A DNA stretch of 45,749 bases from contig MCFE01000685.1 of the NCBI GenBank assembly GCA_002104905.1, positions 1 to 45,749 on the forward strand. Direction: 5' to 3'. The notes under the pieces are model-generated. The model did no database searches, was not told where the DNA came from, and saw nothing but the letters and a program-made list of their open reading frames with translations. Position 1 is the stretch's first letter. Each line of letters starts with the position of its first letter. This stretch comes from Basidiobolus meristosporus CBS 931.73 (taxonomy: Eukaryota > Fungi > Basidiobolomycota). Positions 11,587 to 25,673 of this stretch are shown here, piece after piece. The position numbers and the translations under genes were made by a program.

Positions 11587-12297
11587 ATGCATCGATCACG
11601 CTCCCCCTCACCTTTACCAATTTCCGGTACACGATCTCGCTCTCCCTCACCAAACCCTTCCCGGTTTACTTCCTTCGGCTCCAGCCCGAACTCATTTTCC
11701 CCTGGGAGCTTCCAATTCACTCCTATGTATCAATTTGACGACTACAAGTCTCTGGGAACCCCTAAAATCTCCACTGACAACTTCGATGATTTCCTTTCGC
11801 CGAACAATTCCAGATACTCCCGACGAAGCGTGGACCTGTCCACCAGTACCCTGCAAGTCCCTGGTATCACAGCAAAGCCACGCCCACTCAGCGCTAACCT
11901 TGAGGATCTTTGGAAGCAGGAGTCGATAAGCAGTATGTTTGCGGAGGAGGATGAAAATGATAGGTTTTCCAAGTCCACGCATGGGCCTGGTAAATCTTCG
12001 AAAAACAATAGAAGAAGTGGGCAGCTCTCCAGCGCCATATCAAAGCTTGACTTTAGTCTAAGTAATCGTGACTTGAGCGAGGCACTACGACGACATCATG
12101 CAGCTATCATCATACAAAGAGCTTGGCACGACTACTGCCGTCGTACAGGACGTACACGAGGTAGAAGAAAGAGCCGTAGCAAGTCTCCACTTCCCCGATT
12201 CCTGCGTTATGTCAAGAATAAGCTCAAGCGAGACAGCAAAAAGGAGGTCGATTACGACGACCTGGGACTGCACAAAGTCAAAACAGTCGATTTCTAG
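11587..12297 (+). CDS. Low-complexity Ser/Pro/Arg-rich protein with one IQ calmodulin-binding motif; function unknown
   Basis: Long ORF with ATG at 11587; RSRSPSP repeats; AAIIIQRAWHDYCRR fits an IQ motif. Confidence 0.65.
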   Translation: MHRSRSPSPLPISGTRSRSPSPNPSRFTSFGSSPNSFSPGSFQFTPMYQFDDYKSLGTPKISTDNFDDFLSPNNSRYSRRSVDLSTSTLQVPGITAKPRPLSANLEDLWKQESISSMFAEEDENDRFSKSTHGPGKSSKNNRRSGQLSSAISKLDFSLSNRDLSEALRRHHAAIIIQRAWHDYCRRTGRTRGRRKSRSKSPLPRFLRYVKNKLKRDSKKEVDYDDLGLHKVKTVDF

Positions 12298-13678
12298 CTT
12301 CACTCACCAATACACATTTCCATGATAACCTCTGCAGTTCATGCACATAAACCTCATCTACACTATCTCCCAATTCAAGCCTCACCTAGCTACATTGCCT
12401 TACCCTCATGCTCCCAAAACTAATACACCAAGCAACAATGCTCTCATCTCTTCCTAATATAACCATCCCTTACAACGCGGTATTGTTAACCTCATTCTTA
12501 CAATAAATCAAGAACGAATCGGTTGCAACAACAAACTCACATGCTCGTTACACCACGACACGAACATAACTTTGTCTGAGCAAGAAAGGCGTTGGTGCAA
12601 CATAGAACACGATGTTTTCTTGATTATTGTCACTAGGAAAGCGGGATGTCTGCCACTGCGGTTCTAGAGCTACTTACCTTGGCAATGGAAAATGTTACTC
12701 AATTTTCAAATACTAAACTTAAATTGAATTTAAGTTTTCATGTGCCATCGAGATTGGAAAGCACTTGTTTTCTTCCCACAATCAGCTCATTGTAGTCAAT
12801 ACCCCATTGATGATCACACTGACCAATGGTTATTTATATAACCTGTTTGCCTCCCATCATTGGTCGGAGGTGCCCTGTTATCAATCCAATTATATTTCAA
12901 GCGATTTAAAGTCAGATAAGTTACGAGTTTATTTATATTAAATATATATATAGTTAGATGGAGTGCTTGCATGATATGGTTGATGGAAATTCGAATACAC
13001 ATCAGGTATTCAAAAGGATTCTATCTTCTGAAAGAGCAAGATCTTCAGCAGCTATCTACCGCTAGAATGGTTAGGTTGATCCAAAATTCTTTGACCATCG
13101 GTAGTGCTGATTCCTGCTATAGCTTACTGCCTTATTCGTCCTCCTCGACAAACGATGCTTATATTTGCTGGAGATTGTTTTGAGTGACGGTCATGAACTG
13201 ACTAGGGTTTTGCCTGTTTGGTTTAATGGGACAGCGGCCCTCATAAACCAGTCTCTCCAATATACCATTACACAAGTCATGGTTGTGCGCGGGCCGGCGG
13301 TGCGAAATATACTCCTAGTGCATGTCGGATAATCGAACGGAGCATACCAGAGGTGCTGACGTCCTACTCTCGAGGTGCGATGGAAGGGCTTCACCCGGGC
13401 CTGTTGATCCGACATTTCTCACTCGGGACAATTGTTGCTCACTTGACGTCACGAAGTCAAGACACTTGCTGGTTTAGTGTAATTGTTGGATCAATGGTAT
13501 TTTGTTTAATATGTGCGATGGTTTCCGAGTACAATCAATTGGTCACAGATGTGCATGATGACTTAATATCATACGAATAGCCTCGCATGACTCCCCTCCA
13601 TCACCCATCTCCCTGACCAAATTTCTCTTTACACTACTTCTCACTTGAATTTCCCTTTACAAATCTTGGCTAACGAAC

Positions 13679-15339
13679 ATGAGTTGGTTTGTCCTTCTTT
13701 GCATGTCCGTTGAGCGAATCACTCCTGGGTCTAACTGCTTCTATCCTACGACAGGAAAGGCTTTAAAAAAGCGGTTGAGCGCTTGCCATCACAGATGATG
13801 ACCAAGGTTGGTCGTATTGAAGGTAACCCCTCTGCCCGTGCAATTCATTCCCCAAACTCCCAATTCTCACCTCAACCTCCCTTCCAGAAACTGTGGATCC
13901 TGAGTTCAAGCGTCTCGAGGCCCACTTCACTCAAGTGGAATCCGCAGCAACCAAACTCAATGCTGACGCCATCAAATATCGAGATTCCATCATTTGTAAC
14001 GTCTGGCCCTTTTCACTCGTGCTTTCCCATCACTAACCGATTTCTTGTGTCCCAAGCTATGTTGAATACTCAAGCGACGTTCGGAAACTCCCTGCTAGAT
14101 ATTTACAACCCCATCAACGACAACACCGATCCAGAGGCGCTCCCATCAACTACTCGACAACCAAATACGCCTCAAGACAAAATCCAAACCGCCGAGACTT
14201 ACCGTGATTTCTCCGAAGAACTCAAAAGCATCATTCTTCCCGAAGTGGTGAGATACTTGAGACGCCCTTGCTCCCTATCCAAGCACAACCATTAACCTAC
14301 CTCTCCATAGGATATGATCGACCATAGAGTAGTGTCACCCACTGGCGAACTGATTGATATGAACAAGCACATCCGCAAGCTCCTGACCAAATGCGAACAT
14401 AAGAGAATGGACTACGATCGTCACCGGGATAGCGTCAAAAAGTTGCGAGCCAAGGCCAATAGAAGCTTGGATGACGAGAAGAAAATCTACAAATTAGAAG
14501 GAAACCTGCAACAAGCGAGTAACGATTATTTCGGGGTGATGGACCTAGTCAAAAGAGAGCTTCCAGTTTACCTCCAGCTCAACAGCGAGCTTATCAAGCC
14601 TTGCTTTCACGCATTCTATTTCCTTCAGAACTCCATCTTTAGCCTCCTTTATCGCCATCTTCATGATCTGGTGAATTCGGGAGCAGTCGATATGTCATCT
14701 GGGATTGTTGCAGGCTACGAGGCACGTAAAGGGCCGAGTGAAGCTTTATCCGAAGAGATGACCAACTTTATCAAGGCTAAGATCATGAGTGAGTATCCTT
14801 CCTCGTTCACAGTCCTCTGAAGTTTCTAACCGCTTTCCACGTTAGCCTCTTCAACAATCAGCAGCAGCATAAATACGCAGAACAAGTACGGAAGACCCCA
14901 TTCATCGCAACCGGTATCCCCATCATCTCCGCATTCAGCCGAATACCCACCGCCATATTCGCCCGTGTCAGGTTACAATAGACAATCAGTAGGTGGAGGC
15001 GAAAACTCTTATGGCGGCTCGCGAGACACCAATCCCTATGGCGGGGGTGCATCATCCAGTACTTCTCGTGCTCCTCCCCCGCAACCACCCGCAGCGCGCC
15101 ATGTAGAATATGTCATCGCCCTTTACGATTTTGATGGGCAAGCTGAAGGGGATCTGTCCTTCAAGAAAGATGATAAAATCGAAGTTTTGGAACGCACTGA
15201 CAGTCAAAATGACTGGTGGCAAGGGCGACTCCGAGGAGTGGTTGGTCTTTTCCCAGGTACAGTGCACTTTTCAACTCAGTATCTTAGCTTAGCTAATCCA
15301 TACCCCCCGTCTACAGGCAATTATGTGGCCGACCTATGA
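13679..15339 (+). CDS. RVS167: Amphiphysin-like BAR-SH3 protein (RVS167 family), multi-exon
   Basis: The spliced start is MSW|KGFKKAVERLPSQMMTK (intron 13687-13754). The BAR segment includes TVDPEFKRLE and KLLTKCEHKRMDYDRHRD. The C-terminal SH3 reads ALYDFDGQAEGDLSFKKDDKIEV...DWWQG...GLFPG|NYV. All introns are GT-AG. Confidence 0.92.
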
Positions 15340-15751
15340 TCGCTAGCTCCTTCCTATCCTATCTATGAACCACATTCAGGTCCTGAGATCCTCTTCCATC
15401 TTTTCCCTCCTTTCACTTCGTTTGGGAAAATTTGAAATAAACCACATGGCAATGGGCAATCTGCTCTATTAACCGGATCCATTATGGTCGCTTTATATAG
15501 GAATGGGAATCACGAGCCGGCTGGGATATTACAGGCTACCGTGAATGAGAGTTAGTTAAGGACTGAGGATATCTGTGCGAGCCACTGCATATTTTCTAGA
15601 TAGGCTGTATGAGAAACAGCCAGTTGGAATTTGCGCTTTGTACGCAAAATGATGGAACTGTGTGTTCATACTCGCTCTATTTAGTTCATATGTTTATTAA
15701 GTTTGTGACCGTCCACCTCGCTAGATCATTGGCCGCCTATTTGGATGTGTG

Positions 15752-17140
15752 CTACAGTTTTGAGGGGCGATTTTGCTTGGAAATTACTTTCAGATATTCC
15801 TCCTGGGTAATGCCGCGACACTCAACTGCAGGATTATATCCGAGCCTTGTTTTCGGATCTTCTTTGGTACCAAAATCAGGCCTTTTGTAAAGCCCAACCA
15901 CAACAGCTCCTCCAAGCCCAATGTTGTGTTGGAGAGCATATCGCAACTTAGGTACTTGCCGTTTTTCACACCAACCCCGGAGTTGCCAGGTGAGTTCGCA
16001 GCATTGAGCAAGCCCAGTCGCTCCAAGCGGATGGCCCTTGGATATTAGACCACCTGAAGGATTGACCACATGTTTGCCTCCGTAAGTATTATCCTTACTA
16101 TCTACCAGCTCATGAGCCTTGCCTGGAGAAGATAATCCTAGAGCATCATAGGTAATCAACTCATTCGCGGAGAAACAGTCGTGCAACTCGACTACTTGGA
16201 TATCGGATGGTTTTATATTAGCTTGTCGATACACCCGTTGGGCGGCGGCTCTAGTCATGTCAAAGCCAACCAGTTCAATCGAGCTGGAATTAAATGCCTT
16301 GGGAGAATCGGTAACCAATTCCTGCGCAACCAGATGTATGGCTTGATTTTGAAGTTCATGTTTTTTAACAAACTCTTCGGAGGCCAAAACTACCGCCCCT
16401 GAGCCATCTGAAGTAGGGCAGCATTGAAGCATGGTTAATGGGCCGCTAACCTCTCTGCTTCTCCGAATGCTGTCTAGCGAGCAGGCCTCCTGGAATTGGG
16501 AATATGGATTCAGTACACTATGCCTTCTGTTTTTCTCCGCAATCTTGGCCATATGCTCGGGTTTAGCACCATACTTTTCACAATATTCAATACCAGCATT
16601 GCCAAATAATTGAGGCGCGACTGGGCTAGAGGTTACTCCACGAGTCTCGGCCATAACTTCCACGAACTGATCGAGCGGATTCGCTCTGTCACTATATACA
16701 CTTTTTAACGAACCACGGCTCATCTTCTCGAAACCAACCGCTAACACACACTCGGCAGAGCCAGTGGAGATCTGCTGCTTTGCGAGCCAAAGCGCGGTAC
16801 TTCCTGTACTACAGTTGTTGTTGACGTTTACGATGGGGATTTGAGTTAAGCCAAACTGATAGAGCGCCCTTTGGCCGCCTGTGGAATCACCGTAAACATA
16901 GCCCACGTAGGCGCTTTCAATACTGTCGTAGGTGATTCCCGCATCCACAAGCGCTTTTGTTACGGATTCTTTCACCATGTCTTGTCAGGTGCGCAGAATA
17001 GTGTTAAACAAGACCGCACTTGGTTGAACCTTCACAAGCATACTAAACCTACCTGGATAATCGAAGCTCTCCCTTCTCCCGGGCTTCTCGAACTTGGTCA
17101 TACCCACTCCGATAACATACACACTTTTGTTGGGAGCCAT
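15752..17140 (-). CDS. SCPx-type (sterol carrier protein 2) thiolase with C-terminal PTS1 (SKL); one intron 16981-17052
   Basis: Start [21 protein letters not shown]; catalytic motifs [31 protein letters not shown]; ends ...RPSKL*. Confidence 0.92.
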
Positions 17141-17805
17141 CGCAAGTACTGGTGATAGGGCAGGAGTGGAGGGGAGGGTAATATATCTGGTGGCTGGATT
17201 GACGCGACCAGAGGATATATACCAGGAGCACGCATACACAATCTTTCTGGGTTCTCAGGGCATCGTCGGAATATCACATGTGCCAGTTAATTAAGCCAAC
17301 TAGGACTGCACAATAATTACGCTTAGTAATTTCACCCCTGGGTCTTTTCACAAACACCACCCATAACTCGCTCATGGTGTGTTGAATTGAAACAACATGA
17401 GTAAGTGGGAAACATGTGACCGTGCCCAACATGTCTATTTCCTGGCATTGTGGCCAGATGGGGGACCTATCCACCCACCCACCCCATCTGCGGGTCTATT
17501 GCGACCGCCCGGAATCCTCAACGGCGTCTTGTGCTTGGGTGGCCGAGCCGCTCATAAACGATGGGCAACTGGGACAAAGGTAGGTTGAATGGTGACATGC
17601 AGCGCGCGCCGTTTATACTTTATGATCTAAAATAACAACTATAGGAGACAAATTCTAGTACGTTTATGTAAGAGTATAGAGATGGAATGGGTGGAAGGGT
17701 GGGGGAATTAGAAAGCGGGAGAGATACTAAGATGAAATGAATAATGGTGAGATAAGAAAGAATGGTGGCGGTGGCCGACGTCTTCAGGACTGCTCCTCGA
17801 GACAA

Positions 17806-19100
17806 TCATAGCAATCCGCAATCACGTAAACAATTCTGCAAGATGATGTCGCTCACGGCAGTCATCACGAATCTCATCTGATTAGTGTCCGTAGCACAGG
17901 TGAAGTGGGAGTAGACCTGCTTGGAATACGACCGGTTAAGGCTGGTGAATCTCTGCTGGATATAGTCGCATCCGGATTCATAATCACTGCCACCTAGAGT
18001 CGGGTCAGTACATGTGAGTGGCTAGACAGCGTGTGCGAGACTTACCGGTGTAGTCAGGGAAATAATCCTTCATGGGTGAAGCGACCAGCTTGACTCTGAA
18101 CAGATCGATCTTATTGAGGAATAAGATGATCGAGGTCTTAACGAACCACCGCGAGTTGCAGATCGAGTCGAACAAGGTAAGCGCCTCGTGCATTCTGTTC
18201 TGTATTGGGAGGGTCAGCCAATCAGACGGCAGAGAGTGCCAAGCGTCGTAAAACTTACCACTGACTCATCCTCGATCAGGACCTGATCATATTCGCTTAT
18301 GGCCACCAGAAATACGATCGCGGTGACATTCTCGAAGCAATGGATCCACTTCTTCCGCTCGGAGCGCTGACCACCTACATCCAGCATACGGTAGGTGAGT
18401 TCGCCAATGTGGAAGACCGTCTCGGTGATGCCTGTAGTCTTGATGCGCGAGCGGAGAACGTCGTGATCGGTGGGAATGTAATCAGAGCTGGCAATACGGT
18501 CTATGGCATCGAAATAGCTACTCGAAGGTTAGCTGCAGATTCACCAGCTTATATCTATTAAGCACACTCACTATTTGGCCGAGTCGTTCAGCTGGAACTC
18601 CCTTGACCGCTTGAAGCATTCGATCACCCCTTCATCCTGCCACAGGCTCTTCACCGCTTGGCCGATGTTCTCGGGCAAGACCTCTCCTTCGAATTGGTAG
18701 GGATGCTCATATATGGCATTGGCATGGTCGGAATTACTGGCATTCGCCAAGGAGATCCCCATCTCTTCCATGGCCTCCAAGATCACTCGCATGGACTGTA
18801 CGGTGTTGGAGAAGATGATTTCCCTGAATGACTCGCGCTCGTCTTTGCTGTAGCCATCTTGGTGGATCAGCTTCATCTGCTTTAATATGGTACTCTTTCC
18901 GGACTCACCAGCACCTGGTGAATGGACAAGGAGTTAGCGTCACAAGAAGCGGTGCCCGCCACAACGCATCAGAATCTCTTACCAAGCAGCAGCATCTTCA
19001 CCTCGTTTTTCTGCGACATTCTATCTTTGCGAAGCTGATTCTCGATCTCGTCGTTGTTGCGACGATCGTCGTGCTCTTCTTGGCTAACGCAGCAACCCAT
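17806..19100 (-). CDS. fadA: Heterotrimeric G-protein alpha subunit, fungal group I (Gi-like, FadA/GNA-1 type), 4 introns
   Basis: N-terminal MGCCVS acylation signal; [18 protein letters not shown]; [17 protein letters not shown]; LFLNKID; TCATDT; C-terminal DCGLL*. Confidence 0.93.
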
Positions 19101-21978
19101 CTTTACAAAGTATTCTAAAGGCCAACAAGAGTGTCAGTAGAGCGATCGGGAAATCAGCCCGGCTGGCTGAGAGGGAAAGGGCGACGGGGTTGGTTTACCT
19201 ATTCAGTTAACAAGTAAGGTCCGCTTCGAGCGAATATGGAATATCAATGGGATTAAAAAATTAAAGGTTATACTACAATGTGCGTGTGGAGCGAAGGAAC
19301 AGTGGAAATGATGTTAAAGGGAGGGACTGGGTGACGAGCCATTGTATATAAAACCCAAGGAACTAGCATGTACCTTGAGAAAAAACTTCACCGCATCCTT
19401 TTGGAAGGTAACACGACAGATCATAAAACCGGCTGGCCTCATGGGTTAAGAAACCCAGAGTACACTTGATGATGGTTTCCCAGCGGGATCAAGCATCCAC
19501 TGATGTACAGTTCGAATTAAATATTATCTGTGTATCCACTCTTCTGGCTCTTTTTATCGATCAATGAGTGTTCAACCAGATTTGCAGCGAGATGGGCGCC
19601 CGATGATTGGCTGCAGTGAGTCAGACATGCCATATACGCAGCGAGCTAATAGTCATGCCTAGATTTGGCAGGGCAATAATAGTCTATCATTGGAAAAGGC
19701 AACGCTCAAAGAGCTCCATGATCGCTAAGCATATCTGTATTCCAAACCCACAACACGCAATGGGGATGCGGCGATTGACCAAGCCTTAGATCTCATTGCC
19801 AGGCCAGCAGGCAGTAATCAAGCCAATTTCGCCCGCCACGCCAGTTGATTTGCTGGCGATTTATCCGCCGCCCCAAATAGGCAAACCCATTTATTGCTGT
19901 CGACTGCCTGGCGAATTTACGAGCTGTGATGCAATCGTTGAATCCGTACACACAGAAGTGGCCAAGGTAGTCGGCCGGTCACACAAATTAAATAGTGAAT
20001 GTCAGTTCATCCCATCTGGTTTAGGAGCAGCAGGGTGACCCGTTGGGCGACAGGCTGGGCTCGGCTATCTTTCATCACTGCAGAGGGTTTCTAATTCTTT
20101 GGATGCATATTGTGTAAAGATTGCCCGCTGGAATTAGACATCAGTGCACACATAGCGGTCCATAGTCGGTTGAAGTGTGGTACGAATATATTTGAAACAT
20201 CCCACTAAACATGGTATTCATATTTGTTGAGCTTCATCATATCCATTTGCAGCGATCAAGGAGCAAAAATGCTGCTTTTCGAAAGTCAAATGATTATTGC
20301 CGTACGACCATGATTTTCAGCAACTGGAAGTCTGCTGTCACATTATTCTGTGCGACAATGGCTGTGTTCACGCCCGGGCGAATCATGCGATGGTGAAGTT
20401 ATTGCCCTGTTCGCTAATGGTAAGCATCTACAGCAGCTCCCGAGATGTCGATAATTTATCATCAACCACAGAGGGACCAATACGCTTCACCCATTTCGAT
20501 TGAAGTTAATCTAGATTTTTGCACACGATCAGTAGAAGCCAATGCTGTACCACTGTTCTTAATACATGATCTTATGAGCACGCGGAAATCACCTCAGCAA
20601 ACATGCTTCCTTAAGGCAACTTCATCTCGACGCTCCGGGCACTAACAAACAGCCAAGGTTTAAGTTTGGGGTATAGAGTAATGCGGCCATAATATTACAC
20701 CATATATCCATCCAGGTACGTATTGAGATGCGGCTGACCACTCACCGACGGCTACGTTGGGTGGCTGCCTCGAGTGTGCGTCTCCAGCTCGCCGCAGTGG
20801 ATCATCAAACCTAAACCCAACTTCCTGGGCCGTTGCGACTGTTGGAGAACCCGGAGATTTCTGGTGAGGTAATCAAGGACGTGCCTGCTTTGCCCACTGG
20901 TCTTTTGCATGCTGCCAGTGTCTGCTCATGCAAAGCGGCCATTCTGATCACCACATGGCCTGGAAACCATGGGAAATCCAGATCTCATCTGTAATGCTAA
21001 TATCCAGTGTTCGTGGAGCCGCCCAATCAGGAGCAGACTCTAGGCGGAACGATTGGTCTACTCGCATCTCCTGAAATCACCATCAGGAAAAATTGGCAAG
21101 TGGAAGAGTTCGCCTGGTTTACCATGAGATTCCCTTGGCGAGTTATCCGTGAGGGCGTATGCAAGCGCCCTCACAAAAATTTCAGATGTTGCATTCTGGT
21201 GAGACATCAATGGCTACACACACGGGATGAGCCTACCATATATAGCGACATTGTATTTCGCGCCATCGCCTAGCAATTGTTTAATTAGTTCGAAAAAATT
21301 TCCTGCCTCAAGCGTAAATGCTCCTATGGATCTCGGACAATTTCTCTTGCATCTTTGCTTTGATTGTAGAAAGTGGTTAGCCATCCTATTAGCCCAGCCT
21401 ATGATGTATCCAATTAGCCAGGGAATTAGCTGCATATAAACAAATGCGCCCTTTCCAGGACTCCATGTTCCCATTCAAAGCCTCTGATGCGCCCAGGGCT
21501 CGGCGACGGAGTGACTGCGGTCCACACGGAGAAATATACGGCTCGACGGTGATACCTTGTTGAACACTTGGGTGGATGCTGTTTCCAATGCTGATTAGCC
21601 ATAAAAAGCTTAGGATAAACGACTTATGCTACGGTGGATTCCAATACTCGAGATTGGATCAGGTATCCAGTTCTCAGTGTAGAATTCACTCGACTACCAG
21701 GTTAGCGCATACACCGTGACATGAATGATTGGATCAGTGCTCGTAATCAGTGGGTGATTGGCTCTGAAAAATAAAAGTAAATGATGGAAATGCCCCGATA
21801 TTCGTATATCATGCTTGATACACGTTCATACTTACCGCATTCGTAAACGAGGTTTGGAATGAAATATCTTAACAATGTTGAATGTTAAGGGTGTGTAATT
21901 AGTGGTTATCTATTCTGTTGGATCCAAAACTTGTATATGGAACTGTGTGTAGCACGGGGCGGAATTGCTTTAGTGCTA

Positions 21979-22082
21979 TCACATCCACATCCACATCCAC
22001 ACCCATCCACACATCTATTATCATTATCGGTCTCATCCTCGTCCACACACTTACACTCGCACCCACGTCCACACTCACATCC
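21979..22082 (+). repeat. Imperfect (CACATC)n / CAC-rich low-complexity tract
   Basis: ACATCCACATCCACATCCACACCCATCC followed by a second degenerate CCACAC-rich block. Confidence 0.6.
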
Positions 22083-22361
22083 TACAAGGTTCACCGCCTA
22101 CGCAAATAATTCGCCTGTTCTCCCTTGCTGCTTCAAAATTGCCTTTTCACTACATTCGTGCAAGACATTCGTCGACATAGTTGAGCCCGATTCTGAATAG
22201 CACTTCGGCCTAGGTGGTGCGGTTGATGAAGTCTGTGCTGGTTCTCATAGTAGTATTATTTTGTTCGCTAGCTGTGCTTCCATACTGAGCATTCACGCGG
22301 CCCTGCTTTATCCGCTAGACAGTGATCCTTCTTCCACCTCAAAACACTGGAATCTCACAAT

Positions 22362-25300
22362 ATGACAATTAATCTGAAGACCCAGGTTAACCAACCTTCT
22401 CTGAGGTACCAACGGAGGAATATACCCACTATAGACAGTAACCTACTACAACCATCGACCACTCCCAAAAAGAGTAATTTGACCAAAGCTTTTGGTACTG
22501 TTCATAAACCATTCCCATTTCCCTCCCAACAGTTCCTCAAGTGCTCTATTCACTATCGAAGCAAACAGTTGTGTTTCTATTAAACAACTCGCTTTCCGTA
22601 GAGCTCTCTACTCCTAAGCCACCGTACGATCCTCCATTTCTAACCTGGTATTTTTTGGTTCAATAGAAACATCCATCGTCAAAAAAATTGTCCAAGGGGA
22701 CAACGGAATCGCTGAACCACCGGAAAAGAGGTCACAGGTGTCATCGGTGAGTGCATTTTCCAGGTTTCTGTGGGGATGCGTTTTGTGTTTCTTTGCTGCG
22801 AAATTTAAACCTCTTTCGGACACCCATAGAATCACCACAAGCCACCCAGCGGAGAGTGCAAGACTCGCGACCCTGGTGTATCTTCTCTCCTCGGAAAATC
22901 ACCCTCCCAAAGCAGTTACAGACCTAAACAATGCCCGGAGAAATCTCATCACAAACTAGCCACCGCCTCAAAGTACAATATTCGGACAAGAGCCAATTCG
23001 ATGTTTACTCAGACGCACGGGCCGATTGGTGTTTTAGCCAGCCCATCCGAAACCAAAAGACTCTCCTCTGTTCCCCACACTTGCACAGTTCCAGAGCCAA
23101 CCATGAAACCTCCCTCCAAATTAGCACCTACCAAGAGTGTGTTTACCATACCGGTGACCTCACGACTCACTCGATCCACTAGATCTTTCGAACTGAAAAC
23201 AGCTGATCGTAGAAAGGTTAATAGGGGAATCCTGGATCAAGTGTTTCATCTATTAACCAATTTGGATTTTAGGAGGGTTCAGCATCATCAAGCAGGATAT
23301 CTACAGTATCCAATGATCTGCCCACCTCAAGTCAATGTAATTCGGTGTCGACTGATTCTGAAATAATACCTGGTTCAATCGGGGATGGCCATAGCTTGCA
23401 GCGCCGACAGAAGCAGTGGCCAGTCTCATTGAAGGCTGGGTGCGAAAGGATCATGCTGGGCTCCCATGGTAGCTGCTCATCCTCTAGCGACAGTGATGCA
23501 GATGCTCCCACATATCTATTCTCTGCATCGCCTTTGAACTCACGGACACCAATCAACGCCACAAGCGAGCCGACAGAAGAGTCTTCCGGGGGTGGTCCTG
23601 AGGAGGTGAGTTCTTCGCCCGTAGAGATCAAGAACCGAGTATTGTCATCCTCATTGCTGGCTGCGAAATTGAGCTCTTCGCGACTCTCACTTGTCAGTGC
23701 TCATAGCCGCTTGACATGCGCAATATCGGTCAGTGATGTGAGCAGCGAGAGGTGTCCAGCGGTCGGTAGCAAGCTTGATCTCCTTGACGATGTGATGGAG
23801 ACTAAAGAATCCGCCACTTCAAGCGTTTCTTCAACTCCTAATAGTAGGCAAGGGACACCTCAGTGCAGCCTTCTCGTTGACACCGAGACCGATAAGATCC
23901 AATTCCCTACCGCTGAACCTCAAACATTGGAGCCCTGCAGTAAGTAAATAGCGAGGCAATTCCAAAGCTAGATATTCATGAATGTTTGGTTCCAACTAGT
24001 CGTGCTTAAAACATACAGCCACAAGCTAAGTCTGTTCGAGAGGAACGAGATATTGGGTTATTCGCAAGTGTACTTTTTCGGGCAAAACATTCGTAAGAAG
24101 TTGGTCAAAGGAGAAGGAACCGCCAATTTCGGTATGGCTGCGTACTGTTGTCTACCTTTAGCTTGTTTCTAATCGGGCCATGTAGGGTATGATGATAATA
24201 AGGGTGATTATCATGTAATCGTACACGACCATTTAGCCTATCGATATGAAATCTTGGAGGTGTTGGGCAAGGGCTCGTTTGGAAAGGTGGTGCGTGCGAT
24301 GGACCATAAGACAGGCCAGCTAGTAGCAATCAAGGTGATTCGCAATAGTAAGCAATGCCACACTCAGGCCCTTGTGGAAGTAAAGATTCTGGAGTGCCTT
24401 CATCGATGGGTAAGTGAACTCGGAATTTATGAGACACAAGCACGACAACAAGCCTGAATATTTGCTCGTATACCAGGATCCTGATGATGCGCATAGCATG
24501 ATACGTATGCACGAAAGCTTCTACTTCCGCAACCATCTGTGCATCACATTTGAGCCACTCGACCTTAACCTTTATGACTACCTCAAAGTTAATTCGTTTA
24601 AAGGATGTGATATCAATTTCATTCGCGAGGTCACACTCCAGATCTTACAAGCACTGTGTCTTTTGAAAAGCCATCATGTGCTGCATTGCGACTTAAAGCC
24701 TGAGGTAAAAGCCATTCATATTTCTGGTGGTGAACATGATATTAACCTTCAGTTGGATACAGAACATTCTTTTAAAATCCGCCAAATCCAGTCAAATCAA
24801 AGTGATTGATGTAGGAAGCAGTTGCTTCGAGAGCGAGAGAAGTTGGTATATTCTTATAAGCTCAAACTTGGGTGCATTAGCTCTAACCCTTAGAAGTCTA
24901 TACATATATACAAAGCCGATTCTATCGAGCTCCGGAAGTCATCCTTGGTGTCCCATACACTATGGCGATCGATATGTGGAGCCTTGGATGCATTCTGGTA
25001 GAGTTGTATACTGCTCATCCCATATTTGCTGGCGAAAATGAGCGAGAGCAGCTATGCTGTATTATGGAGGTGCTGGGAGTTCCACCTAGACACTTGATAG
25101 ACAGGTGTGCTCGAAAGATCGTCTTCTTCGGTAAGTGGTATCCATATGATCGATGGTTGATTACCCGTTCATTGTTTCCGCTTAGATTCAAACAATTCTC
25201 CAAGACCGGCCATCAACTCTAAAGGAAAGCGGAGAAGGCCGGGCCATGTGCCCCTCTCACAGATACTTGCTGGAGGGGATAAAGGATTTATCGATTTTGT

Positions 25301-25673
25301 GTCTCGATGCCTCGAATGGGATCCACTGAAGCGTATCACTCCTGAGGAGGCACTCAACCATCATTGGTTTCAAGAGAGCAGTGGATGTACATTGGAGAGC
25401 CCATTGAGGGTGCCAAAAAACCCGTCAGTATTTTGATCAGCAATGTAAATATATGCACTCAAACGCTAACTTCCCATTAGTAAGGCCGATTGCAGTCAGT
25501 CACGTACACGGGGGCCGAGCCATATGCGCACATCAGGAGCGAAGCCTATTGCCATTCGAAACAACAAAGTGCACCCTAACCTTGGGACCAAATCAACGAG
25601 CATGCATAGTGCAAGCTACTTGAATGGCATCGACTTCCTTCGGCAACGGGCCCATCAAAGGCTCCAAACCTGA
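22362..25673 (+). CDS. DYRK-family dual-specificity kinase (Pom1/DYRK2-like) with long disordered N-terminus, multi-exon; start codon uncertain
   Basis: DH box [33 protein letters not shown]; VAIKVIRN; HCDLKPE|NILL; [11 protein letters not shown]; [17 protein letters not shown]; [10 protein letters not shown]. The exons join in frame across GT-AG introns to TGA at 25671-25673. Confidence 0.9.

Noticed and set aside
21931-22200. His-Pro-rich ORF
   Set aside because: It is explained by the CACATC repeat and has no other coding evidence.
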